From Octopus sinensis (taxonomy: Eukaryota): DNA of 64,000 bases. The stretch's first letter is position 1; the number at the start of each line of letters is the position of its first letter. The translations under genes and the position numbers were made by a program. The notes under the pieces are model-generated. The model saw only the letters and a program-made list of their open reading frames with translations. It was not told the origin of the DNA and made no database searches. Shown in pieces: positions 10,291 through 23,300 of the stretch. The stretch lies in NCBI RefSeq assembly GCF_006345805.1, contig NC_043007.1:4836001-4900000 (forward strand), in the 5' to 3' direction.

Positions 10291-11853
10291 TGATTCTCTT
10301 CAAATAAGACCTAAAAGTTGCAATAGATTAGATTTCTAAGGGGCATTATTCTCAAAGTTCTCTACTCTCAAACATGGAGTAGCAACCAAACAATAAGCAC
10401 ATAAGATATCCCCCCCCCCCTATTTACACTGCCGGAGGAAGCTACATTGCAATAAGTGTAGCAAAACAATCTCCTCATACAATAAACCTCATGGCAATAC
10501 CAAAGTAGAGTCATAGATCGGCTGAATCTAGTACAATAGCAAAAAAATTACAAACCCCTACTAAGTAAAGGCAAGATCCTAAACTGTGATTAGCCCACAT
10601 CTGTCATTTGCTTCAACACCATCCCCAACCCCCACCTGGTACCTGGGTACCTTTAGTTGAGGCCATTCTGTTGCATACACTTATACTAGGTTTCCTAGTC
10701 TAAGGATAGTCAACCACTCAAAACCTCCTTCTCCTTTTTCACACCAACCCCATAAAAATCTCAAAAGTCTTTCCAAAATATCTAGAAGGTCCAAAATCCA
10801 AGGAATGGCATCAAACTTTGGCATTGAAAGTTGTGCCAATCCCTTACTTTATCAAAATAAATAATAAAAATTAAAAAAACAATTTTGAAATAAAAATATA
10901 AATTCTGTTTTTTTCTATTTCATTTCTCTTGCACCAGTCTTATTTTCGATCAAAGGCATGAATGTCACAAAATCCACCAGCCTTCTGGGTTTATTTTTTT
11001 TGTCTTTTTGTATAAGAAATTCATAAATACCTTTGGTGCAGATTAACCAATTGTCACATTGACACAAGACCAATACAGTTGGTAGAATTAGCCTCAGAAT
11101 ATCAAGACAGCTCATTCCTATAGTATTTCTGCATTGGAATGGTCTCTGGTGTGAAGCCAACCGCCTCCTCCTCCCCTTCCTCCTCCTTCCACCTACAGGC
11201 ATCAGTCACCATGGGCCTCCACGCCCTCCAGTCCCATGTGCTGTTACTGCTCCAGTTTTTCTGAAGAAAGCTAGTTAGATCATCATTTCCAGAGCATTTT
11301 TGTCATTAAGGCAACTGAATTTTTCACCAATTTTGACCCCACCTCTCACCTATGACCAAAGGCATTCCAGTCATGACCACCTTGTTAATTCCAGATCCAG
11401 TGAATCTAGCGGTGCCTTATCCCACTAGGTCTGTCTGTCTGTCTGTCTGCTTTCAAGAGGTGTTTGTTGATGTTTGCTGTTGGCCGAGGCTGTATGTGAA
11501 TGATTTAACACCACCCAGCAAACATTTAGTTATGATTTATTAACACCGCACAAGTCATATGAAGTTGGTCATGCATTGCAAAATATCCAGGTAGAGTCAA
11601 CAAGATGAAAGAAATGTAATGCAACATGCAAAGTAGCTGGATATCAAAATTTACCACTGGGGGCTGCATTAAATACAAGGAATATATATATATATATATA
11701 TAAATGGATGAATGAATTATCCTTTGTTTACCGTTAACATGGAAAATTCAATAAACAGTTATTACCAGGGTTGCAAAATTCACGTAAGTAACAAAGATGT
11801 AGCGACCTATCCAAAGGTAGAAACTCCGGGTTAATGTGCAGTAATTTGTGTAG

Positions 11854-12101
11854 TATAAGTAAATAAATGGAGATGAACACAGATGCTATTCAAATTCTTT
11901 TACTTTCGACATATGTTTCGAAGACAACACTGGTTATATTCCAAAGGAATAAATGGTGTAAAATGCAATCTTCTCATCAGGAAAGAAAAAGAACCTATCT
12001 CAACAACAAGACATTATAAAACCAATGTTGTCTTTGAAACATATGTCGAACGTAAAAGAATTTGAATAGCATCTGCATTCAACTCCATTTATTTACTTAT
12101 A
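11854..12101 (-). mobile_element. Fold-back mini-element with hammerhead ribozyme
   Basis: Arms 11854-11935 and 12020-12101 are near-perfect reverse complements around an 84-nt spacer; the right end abuts (TA)n. Confidence 0.8.
11903..11985 (-). ncRNA. Type I hammerhead ribozyme with long stem II
   Basis: CUUUC-CUGAUGA-GAAGAUUGCA[34-nt loop]UGUUGUCUUC-GAAA-CAUAUGU-C/GAAAG: all core nucleotides canonical, GUC triplet, palindromic ACAUAUGU. Confidence 0.85.
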
Positions 12102-12179
12102 TATATATATAATATATAATTGTAATATATATATATAATTGTAATGTTCTGTCATCCATTGCTCTTGAGGCCAACAAAG

Positions 12180-12231
<52 letters not shown>

Positions 12232-12538
12232 TATTATCATTATCATTATCATATATATATATATATATGTATATGCATGTCGCTTCATTTCTGCCATATA
12301 AATTGCATATCAATTTAAATATGCAGTCGTTAAAATGACTTGGTGAGAGTGAAGACAATCATTCTGGCCAGATGTCTACGACACTCAGTGAATTAGTGCT
12401 CAAAACAGACTCTATCTATAGGCTCGTTATAGAGAACAATCAAGAAATCTCTGGAGAAACTCGCATAAAAGTAGCAGCTAATTGACTGCCAACTCAGCTT
12501 CACATGAGAAAGACTGATGGCTTGAAATCTATAATTTA

Positions 12539-12768
12539 TTTCTTTACTACCCACAAGGGGCTAAACACAAAAGGGACAAACAAGGACAGACAAAGGGATT
12601 AAATCAATTACATCGATCCCAGTACATAACTGGTATTTATTTAATCGACCCCAAAAGGATGAAAGGCAAAGTCGACCTCAACGGAATTTGAACTCAGAAT
12701 GTAACAGCAGATGAAATACCACTAAGCATTTTGCCCAGTGTGATAACAATTCTGCTAGCTTGCTGCCC
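12539..12768 (-). mobile_element. SINE family B, full length
   Basis: Colinear with 5977-6210. Confidence 0.9.
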
Positions 12769-13710
12769 AAAGATTAACATTCCTGTGATAACTTGGGTAC
12801 AAGTCTGTGACAATGTGACTGTTTTAATATCAATTTGGATTGTTGTTATTTTACTGGACTGTTTTGGGTTTGATGGATTTGTAAATTATCCTGTGTCTTT
12901 TGGTTTATAAGACCCAACATCCCAAAAATCTAAGCATCATGATTTCATCCCCCTTTCCTTGATCTTCTTCTGCCCTGGGGCATACTTGACCTGTTGGTGC
13001 ATAACACAACCCATTTTAGATTACTCCACCCAACAGAAGCCACCCTTTCATGTCTCAGGTTTTACTAGACCTACATTTATGAGTCACTATTTATTGACTT
13101 GACAAATAATTTATTAATTTGTTGATTGAATAATTTAGTAATTAAAGCATTTAGTCATTGATTAGAACATATAAAATTGTTAATATTACACCTAAAACAA
13201 AAGCAATATTTACTGGGACCAATTTTTTCATTATTTGTTGCTGTTTTTGTTGTTTAGTACCAGGCCATATCTCATTGAACACGCATAAGACAAAAGACAT
13301 TACAGCCTTGCCATCTCCATCTTCTATTCAAACAACATATCCTTGGACAATATTATCAAAGGCATATCTCAGTGCTCCTTGAAGGTCGTAGATTGTGGTC
13401 TGAGGAAAGGAAGACGATCAGTTGGCTGCTATTTCTAGCAGATGATATAACTGTGCAGGGTCTTTCTCATTGGCTCATCCTCCATATCTATTGTTGGTTG
13501 CAATAACCAAGTTTTACCATTGCTTCCAATAAAATATATTGATATTCTTTGTTCGAAGATATACATTTTCCAGCCAAATATTTATCAATAAAAAAAAAGA
13601 AACAACATCTTCCTACAGACTGACCGATTCCATTGACTGTTCTCAGTTTGTTCTTTTAATTATTCTATTTATCCTATTTAGTCATCTATTTTTGGCATGC
13701 TGATGTTACA

Positions 13711-13774
<64 letters not shown>

Positions 13775-13883
13775 GTATGTATATTCATATATGTGTATGA
13801 ATGTCTATATGTATGACTGCACGTATATATATGCATTTGTGTGTGTTGTGTGTGTGTGTGTGTGTGTATACATAAATATATAT

Positions 13884-13934
<51 letters not shown>

Positions 13935-14044
13935 CATATATATTTACATATATACATACATATATATATACATACATATATATACATATATATATATGTA
14001 AGTGTATATATATATATATCTATCTATATATATATATATATGCA

Positions 14045-14230
14045 TATATTCGAAACGCAGTGTAAATAAAACAGGGGACAACTGATGAAGGGGAATATTC
14101 TTTATGTTTCATGCCTCGTTTCCCTCTTTATTTTTTCCGTTGTTCGAAAAAAATTTCGTTTTCTATGTTTTTGTTTTTATGTTTTCATTTCTCATTGTGT
14201 GCAACGATCTTTTGATGTCCTGTACCCATA
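14045..14230 (+). mobile_element. PLE-like family P3 fragment in (TA)n
   Basis: Homologous to 44170-44400 on the opposite strand (ggggacaactgatgaagg.gaatattc...gatgtcctgtaccca). Confidence 0.65.
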
Positions 14231-14302
14231 TATGCATGTATATATACATATATATGTAGGTATGTACATATATGTATGTAGATATGCACATACTCTTTTA
14301 CT

Positions 14303-14422
14303 CTTTTACTTGTTTCAGTCATTTGACTGTGGCCATGCTGGAGCACCACCTTTAGTCGAGCAAATCGCCCCCAGGACTTATTCTTTGTAAGCCTAGTACT
14401 TATTCTATCAGTCTCTTTTGCA
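14303..14422 (-). mobile_element. SINE family A 3' part
   Basis: cttttacttgtttcagtcatttgactgtggccatgctggagcacc...tagtacttattctatc. Confidence 0.85.
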
Positions 14423-14429
14423 AGCCAGG

Positions 14430-14640
14430 AGGAAGTCGAAACTGACATTTCAGAGTTCTTCACTTTGAAACCGAAAGAGATTGATGGGATTAAAAAGCTT
14501 GTAAATAGATGGAAGGAAGTCATAGATAATCAGGGAAAGTACACTGATGATTAAATTTCAATTAAATATAACATTTGATCACTTGTTTTCTCTATTGAAA
14601 ATTCAAACAGAACTAATACCTGGAAAAGTGGGGGTTATTT
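14430..14640 (+). mobile_element. Mariner 3' remnant
   Basis: EVETDISEFFTLKPKE-IDGIKKLVNRWKEVIDNQGKYTDD* matches the mariner C-terminus FF.SK...FY..GI..L..RW..V....G.Y. Confidence 0.7.
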
Positions 14641-14728
14641 TCCAGTTCCTGTTCCTATTACACTGTTCCATGTCCTATCCCGTTCCCTGTTCAGTTCCCA
14701 TTTTAGTTCCACTACCATTCCTATCTCC

Positions 14729-14734
<6 letters not shown>

Positions 14735-14759
<25 letters not shown>

Positions 14760-14915
14760 GTTTAACTTCCGTTTTTCCATGCTGGAGAGCCAGGTGCTGC
14801 ACCAGGCTCCAATCTGATCTGGCAAGGTTTCTACAGTGGGATGCCCTTCCTAATGCCAACCAGTGCGAGTGTGGGTGCTTTTTACGTGCTGCCAGCTCAG
14901 GAGCCAGTCAGGTGG
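14735..14915 (-). mobile_element. Family C copy
   Basis: (CAT)n-gtttaacttccgtttttccatgc...ggatgcccttcctaatgccaacc. Confidence 0.8.
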
Positions 14916-15579
14916 TCAATATATAGATTTTAGAATCAATTAGTTCTAATTAATCCATTAAATATTTTATTAATCTTTAAGGTAATAGCTTATTGCTAAA
15001 AATAGTTAATACAAACAATTAATACGGTTAGTGGGTGAATAAGAAATGTCCCTATATCATTTTAACAAACGAATATACATCTGAGTAAATTAAATTAGAT
15101 AAATAGAGAGATTTACAAATACATTGACAAATAGTACACATATTGTAGGTGGCATTGTTGCATGTCATAGTCTATCATAGCTGATTTGTAAACATGTGCT
15201 ACAGTCTCCCTCCCTGGGGAGGGAGGGGGGCATTATAGATTTTTATTGAAATCCAATTCACCTATAATTCAACTGGTTGTTAGGAATAGATAAATAAAAA
15301 AATTGGATTTAACGTGGAAAATTAATTCAATATACCAGATTTGAAAATTTTGACGAAATTTTAAAATCTCACAATATGTGACAGCAACAGAGAAGACACT
15401 AAAAAAGTAGAAACAGAAAGTTATATACACACACGCATACACACACAGACACACACGCACACACACACACACACACACAAATTTACAAACGTATACACAG
15501 GTAACCATGAATTTAAAATGGTATATAGTAGACATATGTATGTATGTGCATATGTATGTATATATATATATATATATAT

Positions 15580-15822
15580 ATAGCACGTAAAAAGCACCAT
15601 CCGATCGTGGCCATTGCCAGCCTCGCCTGGCACGTAAAAAGCACCCACTACACTCAAGGAGTGGTTGGCGTTAGGAAGGGCATCCAGCCGTAGAAACATT
15701 GCCAGATCAGACTGGGCCTGGTGCAGCCTTCTGGCTTCCCAGACCCCAGTTGCACCGTCCAACCCATACCAGCATGGAAAGCGGACGCTAAACGATAATG
15801 ATGATGATGATGATGATGATGA
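15580..15822 (+). mobile_element. Family C copy
   Basis: gcacgtaaaaagcacc...ggttggcgttaggaagggcatccagc...catggaaagcggacgctaaacga(TGA)n. Confidence 0.9.
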
Positions 15823-16045
15823 TATATAAAGGCGGTACTCCAGCATGGCCGCAGTCAAATGATTGAAACAAGTAAAAGAAAAGAAAATATGTATGCATGT
15901 GTGTGTGTGTGTGTGTGTGTGTGTTGTATCTGTGTATTTACAAAAGTATGTATGCAGCATCGTATGTATATGACAGCTTTATTAATGTTACCATCCTATA
16001 TTCACCGCTGTTCTCAACTTGACTAATATATATAATTATATATAT

Positions 16046-16080
<35 letters not shown>

Positions 16081-16270
16081 TCGTTTTTGGATTTAGTTTG
16101 CAAGATTCTTTATATGAGTTCGTGTGTTGAAGCATATTCTGTTGTGTCTGGGGACAGTCATTTTCTTTTTGTGTCTTGTAATGTAACACACTCACCTGTA
16201 AAATTTCCACTTATTTCTTATTTTTATTTATATATGTCTATATATATATATCTAGACATACATTTATATA

Positions 16271-16322
<52 letters not shown>

Positions 16323-16904
16323 ATATGGCTACACATATACCCATTCAGTTCCTGAAGCCATACGCAGCTACTTAAGTTTCATGTGTTTACATGCTCAGTC
16401 AGACGACAGCATGAAGTATTGTGATGCAATGTTCCATTGACCAAGATGTTGGGCAAAGTAGCCTTTCATTCCAATACACTCTGCTGCGGCTGCTACTGCT
16501 GCTGCTGATGATGATTTCTCTCAATGAGCAGGTAAACATTAAAGTTTACTAATGACTTTTCACTCCAACCAAACAAATATAATTATGCTCTACTCTATGA
16601 ATACAGAATTTTCTCTCCTTCATTACAACCAATGCAAATATCATCATCATCATCATCATTATTGTCACTGTCATCATCACCATTATTCTCAACATCATTT
16701 CATCTTCACCATCATCATCGTCGTCATCATCATCACCACCACCATCATCATCATCATCACCATTATTATCATTATCATTGTCATCACCATCATCCTCTTC
16801 ATTATCATTATCCTTTTTATCATCATCATCGTTGTCGTCGTCATTGTCATCATCGTTATCTGTCATTGGCATCATAATCTTCACCATGATCATACTCAAT
16901 CATC

Positions 16905-17250
16905 ATCATCATCATCATCATTTCACATCCGTTGGCATGGGTTGGACGGTTTGACTGGTCTGCCATGCTGGAAGGCTGCACCAGACTCCAGTCTGATTTA
17001 GCATGGTTTTCTAAGACTGGATGCTCTTCCTAATGCCGACCACTCCAAGAGTGTAATGGGTTCTTTTATGTACCACCTGTACAGGTACCATTTGCCTAAC
17101 ACCAGTATCTTCCATGACTGCAATTTTGCTCAGCTTGATATCTCTTCTTCTGAAGCACAACATAATGCCAAAGATCTTGGTCATTGCTTCTGTAAGGCCC
17201 AACACTCGAAAGGAACTCAACCACTTTGCATCCAAAAGACAAACCATTTC
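16905..17250 (-). mobile_element. Family C copy extending into the RTE ORF2 C-terminus
   Basis: Tail adjoins (CAT)n; minus translation LGLTEAMTKIFGIM resembles the RTE terminal AMT.DRDLW motif seen at 35200 and 59610. Confidence 0.7.
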
Positions 17251-17299
17251 CTTTAGAGGCAGAAGATATTTCAATCCTCAATAGCTCCTGACATTCTAC

Positions 17300-17560
17300 A
17301 AGGTTCAAGTGAGGCCCTTGATGAAGAGCTGCTCCATATCTTGGACAGAGTTGCTACAAAGTGCATCAATATTCTGGACCACATCCAGAGATGGACCACT
17401 CAGCTGACTGACACTCCACCCCCTGGCCCCTGGTCTGCTGACTCCTCTCACTATCTTTTTTTACTACAACAATATTCGCTTCTGCTTCTCAGAGTTGACT
17501 GGTTGTGTATTTCCAGCCACTCAGATGGCCACCACCCACTCACCACTCCACCATTTTCGG
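17300..17560 (+). mobile_element. LINE ORF2 C-terminal remnant (CR1/jockey-group)
   Basis: ILDRVATKCINILD...LTDT...LTIFFYYNNIRFCFSELTGCVFP across frameshifts resembles the recalled LLDRVQ.KA..LI...LSLFYRYY.G.CS.EL. Confidence 0.55.
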
Positions 17561-17774
17561 TGGGGGGTGGGGTTGACAACTGATGAAGAATGTAAGCATG
17601 ACAGTGGGGAATTCACTGAGCCAATCTGGTTACATTGGACACACATTTTAAAACTCCCTCCACAGCTGGCCAAGCATTTCTATCATGGATCCTTTGTACA
17701 ACAGAACAACAGAGAACATGGAAACAACATTGGAGAGGAGAACGTGCTTAGTTAATAAGGCAGCCATCCAATAT

Positions 17775-18190
17775 AATATCATTAGTTAATGCCATAGGTA
17801 TACTGTATAACATTATTAGTCAATAACACTGCCATACTGTATAACAATTTCTTTACTACCCACAAGGGGCTAAACACAAAGGGGACAAACAAAGACAGGC
17901 AAATGGATTAAGTCGATTACATCGACCCCTGTGTGTAACTGGTACTTTTATTTATCGACCCTGAAAGGATTAAAGGTAAAGTCTACCTTGGTGGAATTTG
18001 AACTCAGAACATAATGGCAGATGAAATACTGCTAAGCATTTCACCCGGCGTGCTAACGTTTCTGCCAGCTTGCTGCCTTAACACTGCCATACTGTATAAC
18101 ATCACCAGTTATACTGTATAACATTATTAGTCAATAACATTGCCATACTGTATAATTTCACCAGTTAGTAACACAGCTATACTGTAGAAC
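17775..18190. repeat. About 34-bp minisatellite (taacactgccatactgtataacattattagtcaa) split by a SINE
   Basis: catactgtataaca units occur on both sides of the SINE at 17848-18078. Confidence 0.75.
17848..18078 (-). mobile_element. SINE family B, full length
   Basis: Colinear with the other B copies; flanked by the 23-bp direct repeat taacactgccatactgtataaca. Confidence 0.9.
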
Positions 18191-18674
18191 ATTTCAGAAA
18201 AAAATTAAGCTTTTTATAAAAAATGGATGCGAAATGCCAAGCAAAGATTAGAGACCAAACACGATAGTCTTGAACAGACACTGATAATACCGAAAGCAAA
18301 CTGGAGACGGAGATTAATGTTCTAAATCCAGCAACGATGATATTGTTGGTAGAATTATTCCCAAGACCCTCACAGATATTATTAAAAATTCATCAATATA
18401 AAAAAATAACACCACTAATAAGCACTTCATTTGGAAGATAAGAGCAAGAAGGTTCTGGAAATATTGATGGATCTATGAATGTTGTTGTTCCAAATAAAGC
18501 AGAAAAAATAAACTAATAAGGAAATATGTAAAAAAAAAAACTCATCGAGAAAAAATGGGGTTAAGTGAAAGACATCTTGTTTCCAATATAATATTTTTGA
18601 AGGAAAAGTTGTTCATGATATATATGTCTCTCTCTCACCCCCTCCTTCTCTCCCCCCTCTCTTTCCTACACAAA

Positions 18675-18714
<40 letters not shown>

Positions 18715-18899
18715 TGACTATGCATCATAAATTCATTCCTTTCATCTTAATTTCTTCTTCCTCATAGTCTCTTACACTCAGTGTCTTCTTGCTTTGCTTA
18801 GGACTTTCTGAATAGAAAACCTCTCACCTATCTCCATCCCTCTATTATACTTTAACTGGCACAAAACCACCCCCCTCATACCACTTTCTCTCTCCCAGC

Positions 18900-19100
18900 C
18901 AAACGGTATTTGCCATGTAGGTAACTTGGTGACCCCACTGGTGCTGTCGCCCCATAAAAAGCACCGAGGGCACTCTGTAAAGTGGTTGACTTTAGGAAGG
19001 GGATCCAAGGCACACAATGGAGCTTAGTGCGGCTCTTTGGGCTCACTAGCTCCTGTCAAACCGTCCAACCCATGCCAGCATAGAAAATGAACATCAAACA
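18900..19100 (+). mobile_element. Family C copy, degenerate
   Basis: cataaaaagcacc...ccgtccaacccatgccagcatagaaaatgaacatcaaac-(GAT)n. Confidence 0.7.
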
Positions 19101-19171
19101 ATGACGATGAGAACGATGATGATGATAATAATAATGATGATAATGGTGATGAGGATATATGTACATATATA

Positions 19172-19243
<72 letters not shown>

Positions 19244-19246
19244 TAC

Positions 19247-19277
<31 letters not shown>

Positions 19278-19443
19278 TATTGTATATATATATATATAAT
19301 AACATCAGGTAAAATTAATTAATTAATAATTTTACCAAGTAGTCAGTACATTAAAAAAAACCTTTTTAGATGAATTATACAAAATATTTTATAATTATAT
19401 AATTATATATGTATATATTATTATGTATATAATTAGAGAATAT

Positions 19444-19535
<92 letters not shown>

Positions 19536-19873
19536 GCCAGATCAGATTGGAGTCTGGTTCGCCAGTCCTCAGTCAAATCGTCCAACCCATGTTAGCATGG
19601 AAAGCGGACATTAAACGATGATGATGATGATGATGTATATAATATATATATATATATATAGACAGAGAGAGGGAGCGAGATATATAGCTAGATAGATAGA
19701 TAAATAGACAAATATAATAGATATATACAGGTATATATAGATATATGTATATGTATGTATACACACATACAAGCGTATGCAGATATATACATATAAATGT
19801 GTAAATGTTTATATATATTGTATATATTACATATATATGCATGCATATATATATATGTAAATATACAAGCAAA

Positions 19874-20275
19874 AGAGTGGCTGTGTGGTAAGTAGATAAA
19901 TTTCCAAGCAGATGGTTCCAGGTTCAGTCCCACTGTTTGGCACCTTGAGCAAGTGTCTTGTACCATAGCCTTGGGCCGACCAAAGCCTTGTGAGTGGATT
20001 TGGTAGACAGAAACTGAAAGCCCGTCGTATATATATATGTATGTATGTGTGTGTGTGTGTGTGTGTGTGTATGTATTTATGTGTCTGTATTTGTCTCCCC
20101 AACATTGCTTGACAACCGATGCTGGTGTGTTTATGTCCCCATAACTTAGCATTTCAGCAAAAGAGACCACTAGAATAAGTAAAAGGCTTACAAAGAATAA
20201 GTCCTGGGGTTGATTTCTTTGACTAAAGGCAGTGCTCCAGCAAGGCCACAGTGAAATGACTGAAACAAGTAAAAG
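19874..20275 (+). mobile_element. tRNA-headed SINE family A, full length (CORE-like segment)
   Basis: Head ggctgtgtggtaag...ggttcagtccc; ggcaccttgagcaagtgtctt resembles the CORE-SINE core; internal (TA)(GT)n; tail aaacaagtaaaag. Confidence 0.9.
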
Positions 20276-20313
<38 letters not shown>

Positions 20314-21405
20314 ATCTATAATATTTATAAAGATATAAATATACATACATACATATATACACATTACACATATACATACATGCATACATACACACATACA
20401 TACATGCATACATACATACAATTATACATACATACATACAGATACAAACACACACACAAACATACATACATACATACTACATACATAAACACATAAACAC
20501 ATACTCGTATATACAGTCACATGTATATACACACTCAGACACTTATAGCTTGCCGCCTATCTTACAGCTTACCATTTTGCTTATCTCTTTCCCTTAGAAT
20601 TATTCGAGCTGCAACCAATCTAGAATATTCTATTTATTTATTTACATATTTGCCATCTTATTTTTCACACCAATTCTATCTTCACTTCCTATTTTGACTC
20701 TCCTATCTTTACCTCGGCCAATTTCCACCCCAGACCCTTACCATTTCCTCTGTCCATCTCCCCGCATCCTGATAACAACCAAAGTCAAGACAAAAGATTT
20801 GTTTTGATGGGGGGTTTTTTTTTGGTTCTTTGTTACGTTTTTATATTTGTTGTTTATTCATTTTTGTTTCCATTTTTGCTCTTTTGCTGTTTTTTATTGC
20901 CAGGATTTTTTTATTTTTAATATTGCTTCATCTCAGAAATTACTGTCTTATATGCATTACGTGTGTGTGTGTGGGTGTGTGTGTGTGTGTGTGTGTGTGT
21001 CTAAGAAGTTTTCCTTGCCACTATGTAGTTCCGACTCCAATCCCACTGCATGTCACCTTGGGTAAGTCTTCTGCTTTAGTTTCGAGATGACCAATTCCTT
21101 AGGACTAGAATTTAGATTGTGGAAACAATGCAGGAATATTTGTGGCATGTTTGTGTATGTGCATGAGTGAGAAAGAGCATGTGTATGTGTGTGTGTGTGG
21201 TACTTTATTGTGACGGAAAAGACTTTTCAGAAGCTGTTTGTCAGGGTTTCACACAATTGATCATCAGACAATCATGAGTATTTGGAGCAAAACTGTGGTT
21301 TATACATATTTACAAATATTTATAAACAGAGCAGGAAATATTATTTAGTAACTCAATGAATAAAACTAATTGGACAGGGCATTATTATTATTATTATTAT
21401 TATCA

Positions 21406-21458
<53 letters not shown>

Positions 21459-22843
21459 TATTACTATTCAATACCAGCATCATATATGGACATTAAATGA
21501 TGATGATGACGACGACGATGATGACAATGGTGACGACAATGATGATGATGATGATGATGACAATGACAATGATGTTGACGATAACAACGACGACGACGAA
21601 GATGATGATGACAATGATGATTATGACGATGACAACGAAGATGACAACGAAGACGACAACGATGACGATAATGATGAAGATGATGATGACAACAAGAAAA
21701 ATGATTGGATGGAAAATGATGGAAATGAACCACAATTAAAAAAACATAAACATTAAAAACCTGTTGAATCTGAATGAAGAACTGAATAATATAACACCTG
21801 TCATTTGTGGAAAGAGGCATAAGAAATGCAAGAAACCAAAAAGGAAAACCTTTTTAAAATCAAGGAAAAATATTGCATGCAATAAAAATTAAAATTTAAA
21901 ATAAAAAATTAATACAAGGGGGAATGAATATCACACACAATATGTGCAAATAAGTAGAAAATTAAAATTAGAATAAATAAATAAATGAATACCTGACTGG
22001 AGTAGGAATTGAACTCAGGTAAGAAAATAAAAGCAAAATTTATCAAAGGTAAGAAGAATAAAGACAAGGAGGATGGGGTGAAGGAGAGTGAGGAAAACAA
22101 GAGGGAGGAATTAAAAGCTAAAAGATAGAGATAATTAAAAATGAACATGTATCTAATAGAGATTGCTATAAGCAGTGGCAGGGAAGTGATTGGGAAGCCT
22201 AGAAGAGATCAAGAAATTAGAGAGATATGAAGTTAGATATGAAAGATAGCCATAGGCAGGTGGGAGGAAGCGATTGGAAAGCATGCGACAGGTAGAGATA
22301 TTGGAAAGATATAGAGTTAAGTGTATGAAAGAGGTAAGGACCAAACTACAAAGAAACTGCAAATGTATATATATATATATATATATATATAATATGTATG
22401 TGTACATGTGGATATATATATATATATAAAGTTTATATATATATATATATGAAGTTTTAATATATATATATTTGTAAAAACTCACTGCAATCAATTCAAA
22501 GCTGGAGTAATATAAATGATAAAATGAAATAAAATAATAAACAATGGAATAAAGATGTGTGAAACATCTGTGCTTGTCAATAAAAGTTCATATTCCTTTT
22601 TACTGTAGGCACAAGGCTTGGTACTTTTGTGGGGAGGTGGCTAATTGATTACATCAACACCAGTGATTGACTGATACCGATTTAATTGACCCCAAAAGGA
22701 TGAAAGGCAAAGGTGTCCTCAGTGGGATTTGAACTCAAAACATAAAGACAAATGAAATGTTGCTTAAGTATTTTCTCTAGTTTCAGACAATTGTGCCAGA
22801 TCATTGCTTAAATAAACATTTGTATTGAAAGAAGGAAGCATAA

Positions 22844-23230
22844 CATTCCAACCATCACATTCAATGTGTATGGTTTTATAGATGTTGTACATCGATAAAA
22901 CCATAGATGTACAACATCTATAAAACCATACACATTGGACGTGATGGTTGGAATGAAAATATTTACAAAATGCAAAAAAGCGTCCAACAAATTCCAAGTG
23001 ATGATAAAATCAGTAAATAATGCTAGTTTTTCAGTTGTATAGGTTTTAAAATTAGAATCTTTCTGTTCAAAGCATCTTTCTGTTAAAAGAGGATAAAGTG
23101 TCTTTTGCTTAAGTGCAATGGGCATTTCATAGAATAGCAGGAGGATCCATGCTTGTATGGGTTTGCTTTTTCCAACACTGGCCATCATATTTTGAAAGAA
23201 GAAAAACCAGTTTCTTTTAAATGCCATACA
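22844..23230 (-). mobile_element. Penelope-like reverse transcriptase remnant with terminal inversion
   Basis: Minus NWFFFFQN...LYPLL...LFTDFIITWNLLDAFLHFVNIF resembles the PLE RT region around YxDD; 50-bp inverted repeat at 22844-22893/22906-22955. Confidence 0.5.
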
Positions 23231-23300
23231 TGATTAGATAAAACAGTTCTATATTTAAGAGATGAGGAATTATGTACATCATTTACATTTGACAGATATT

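Noticed and set aside
19300-19340. Palindrome ggtaaaatt...aattttacc with adjacent minus-strand cctgatg
   Set aside because: Truncated by (TA)n before any GAAA; too little remains to call a ribozyme.
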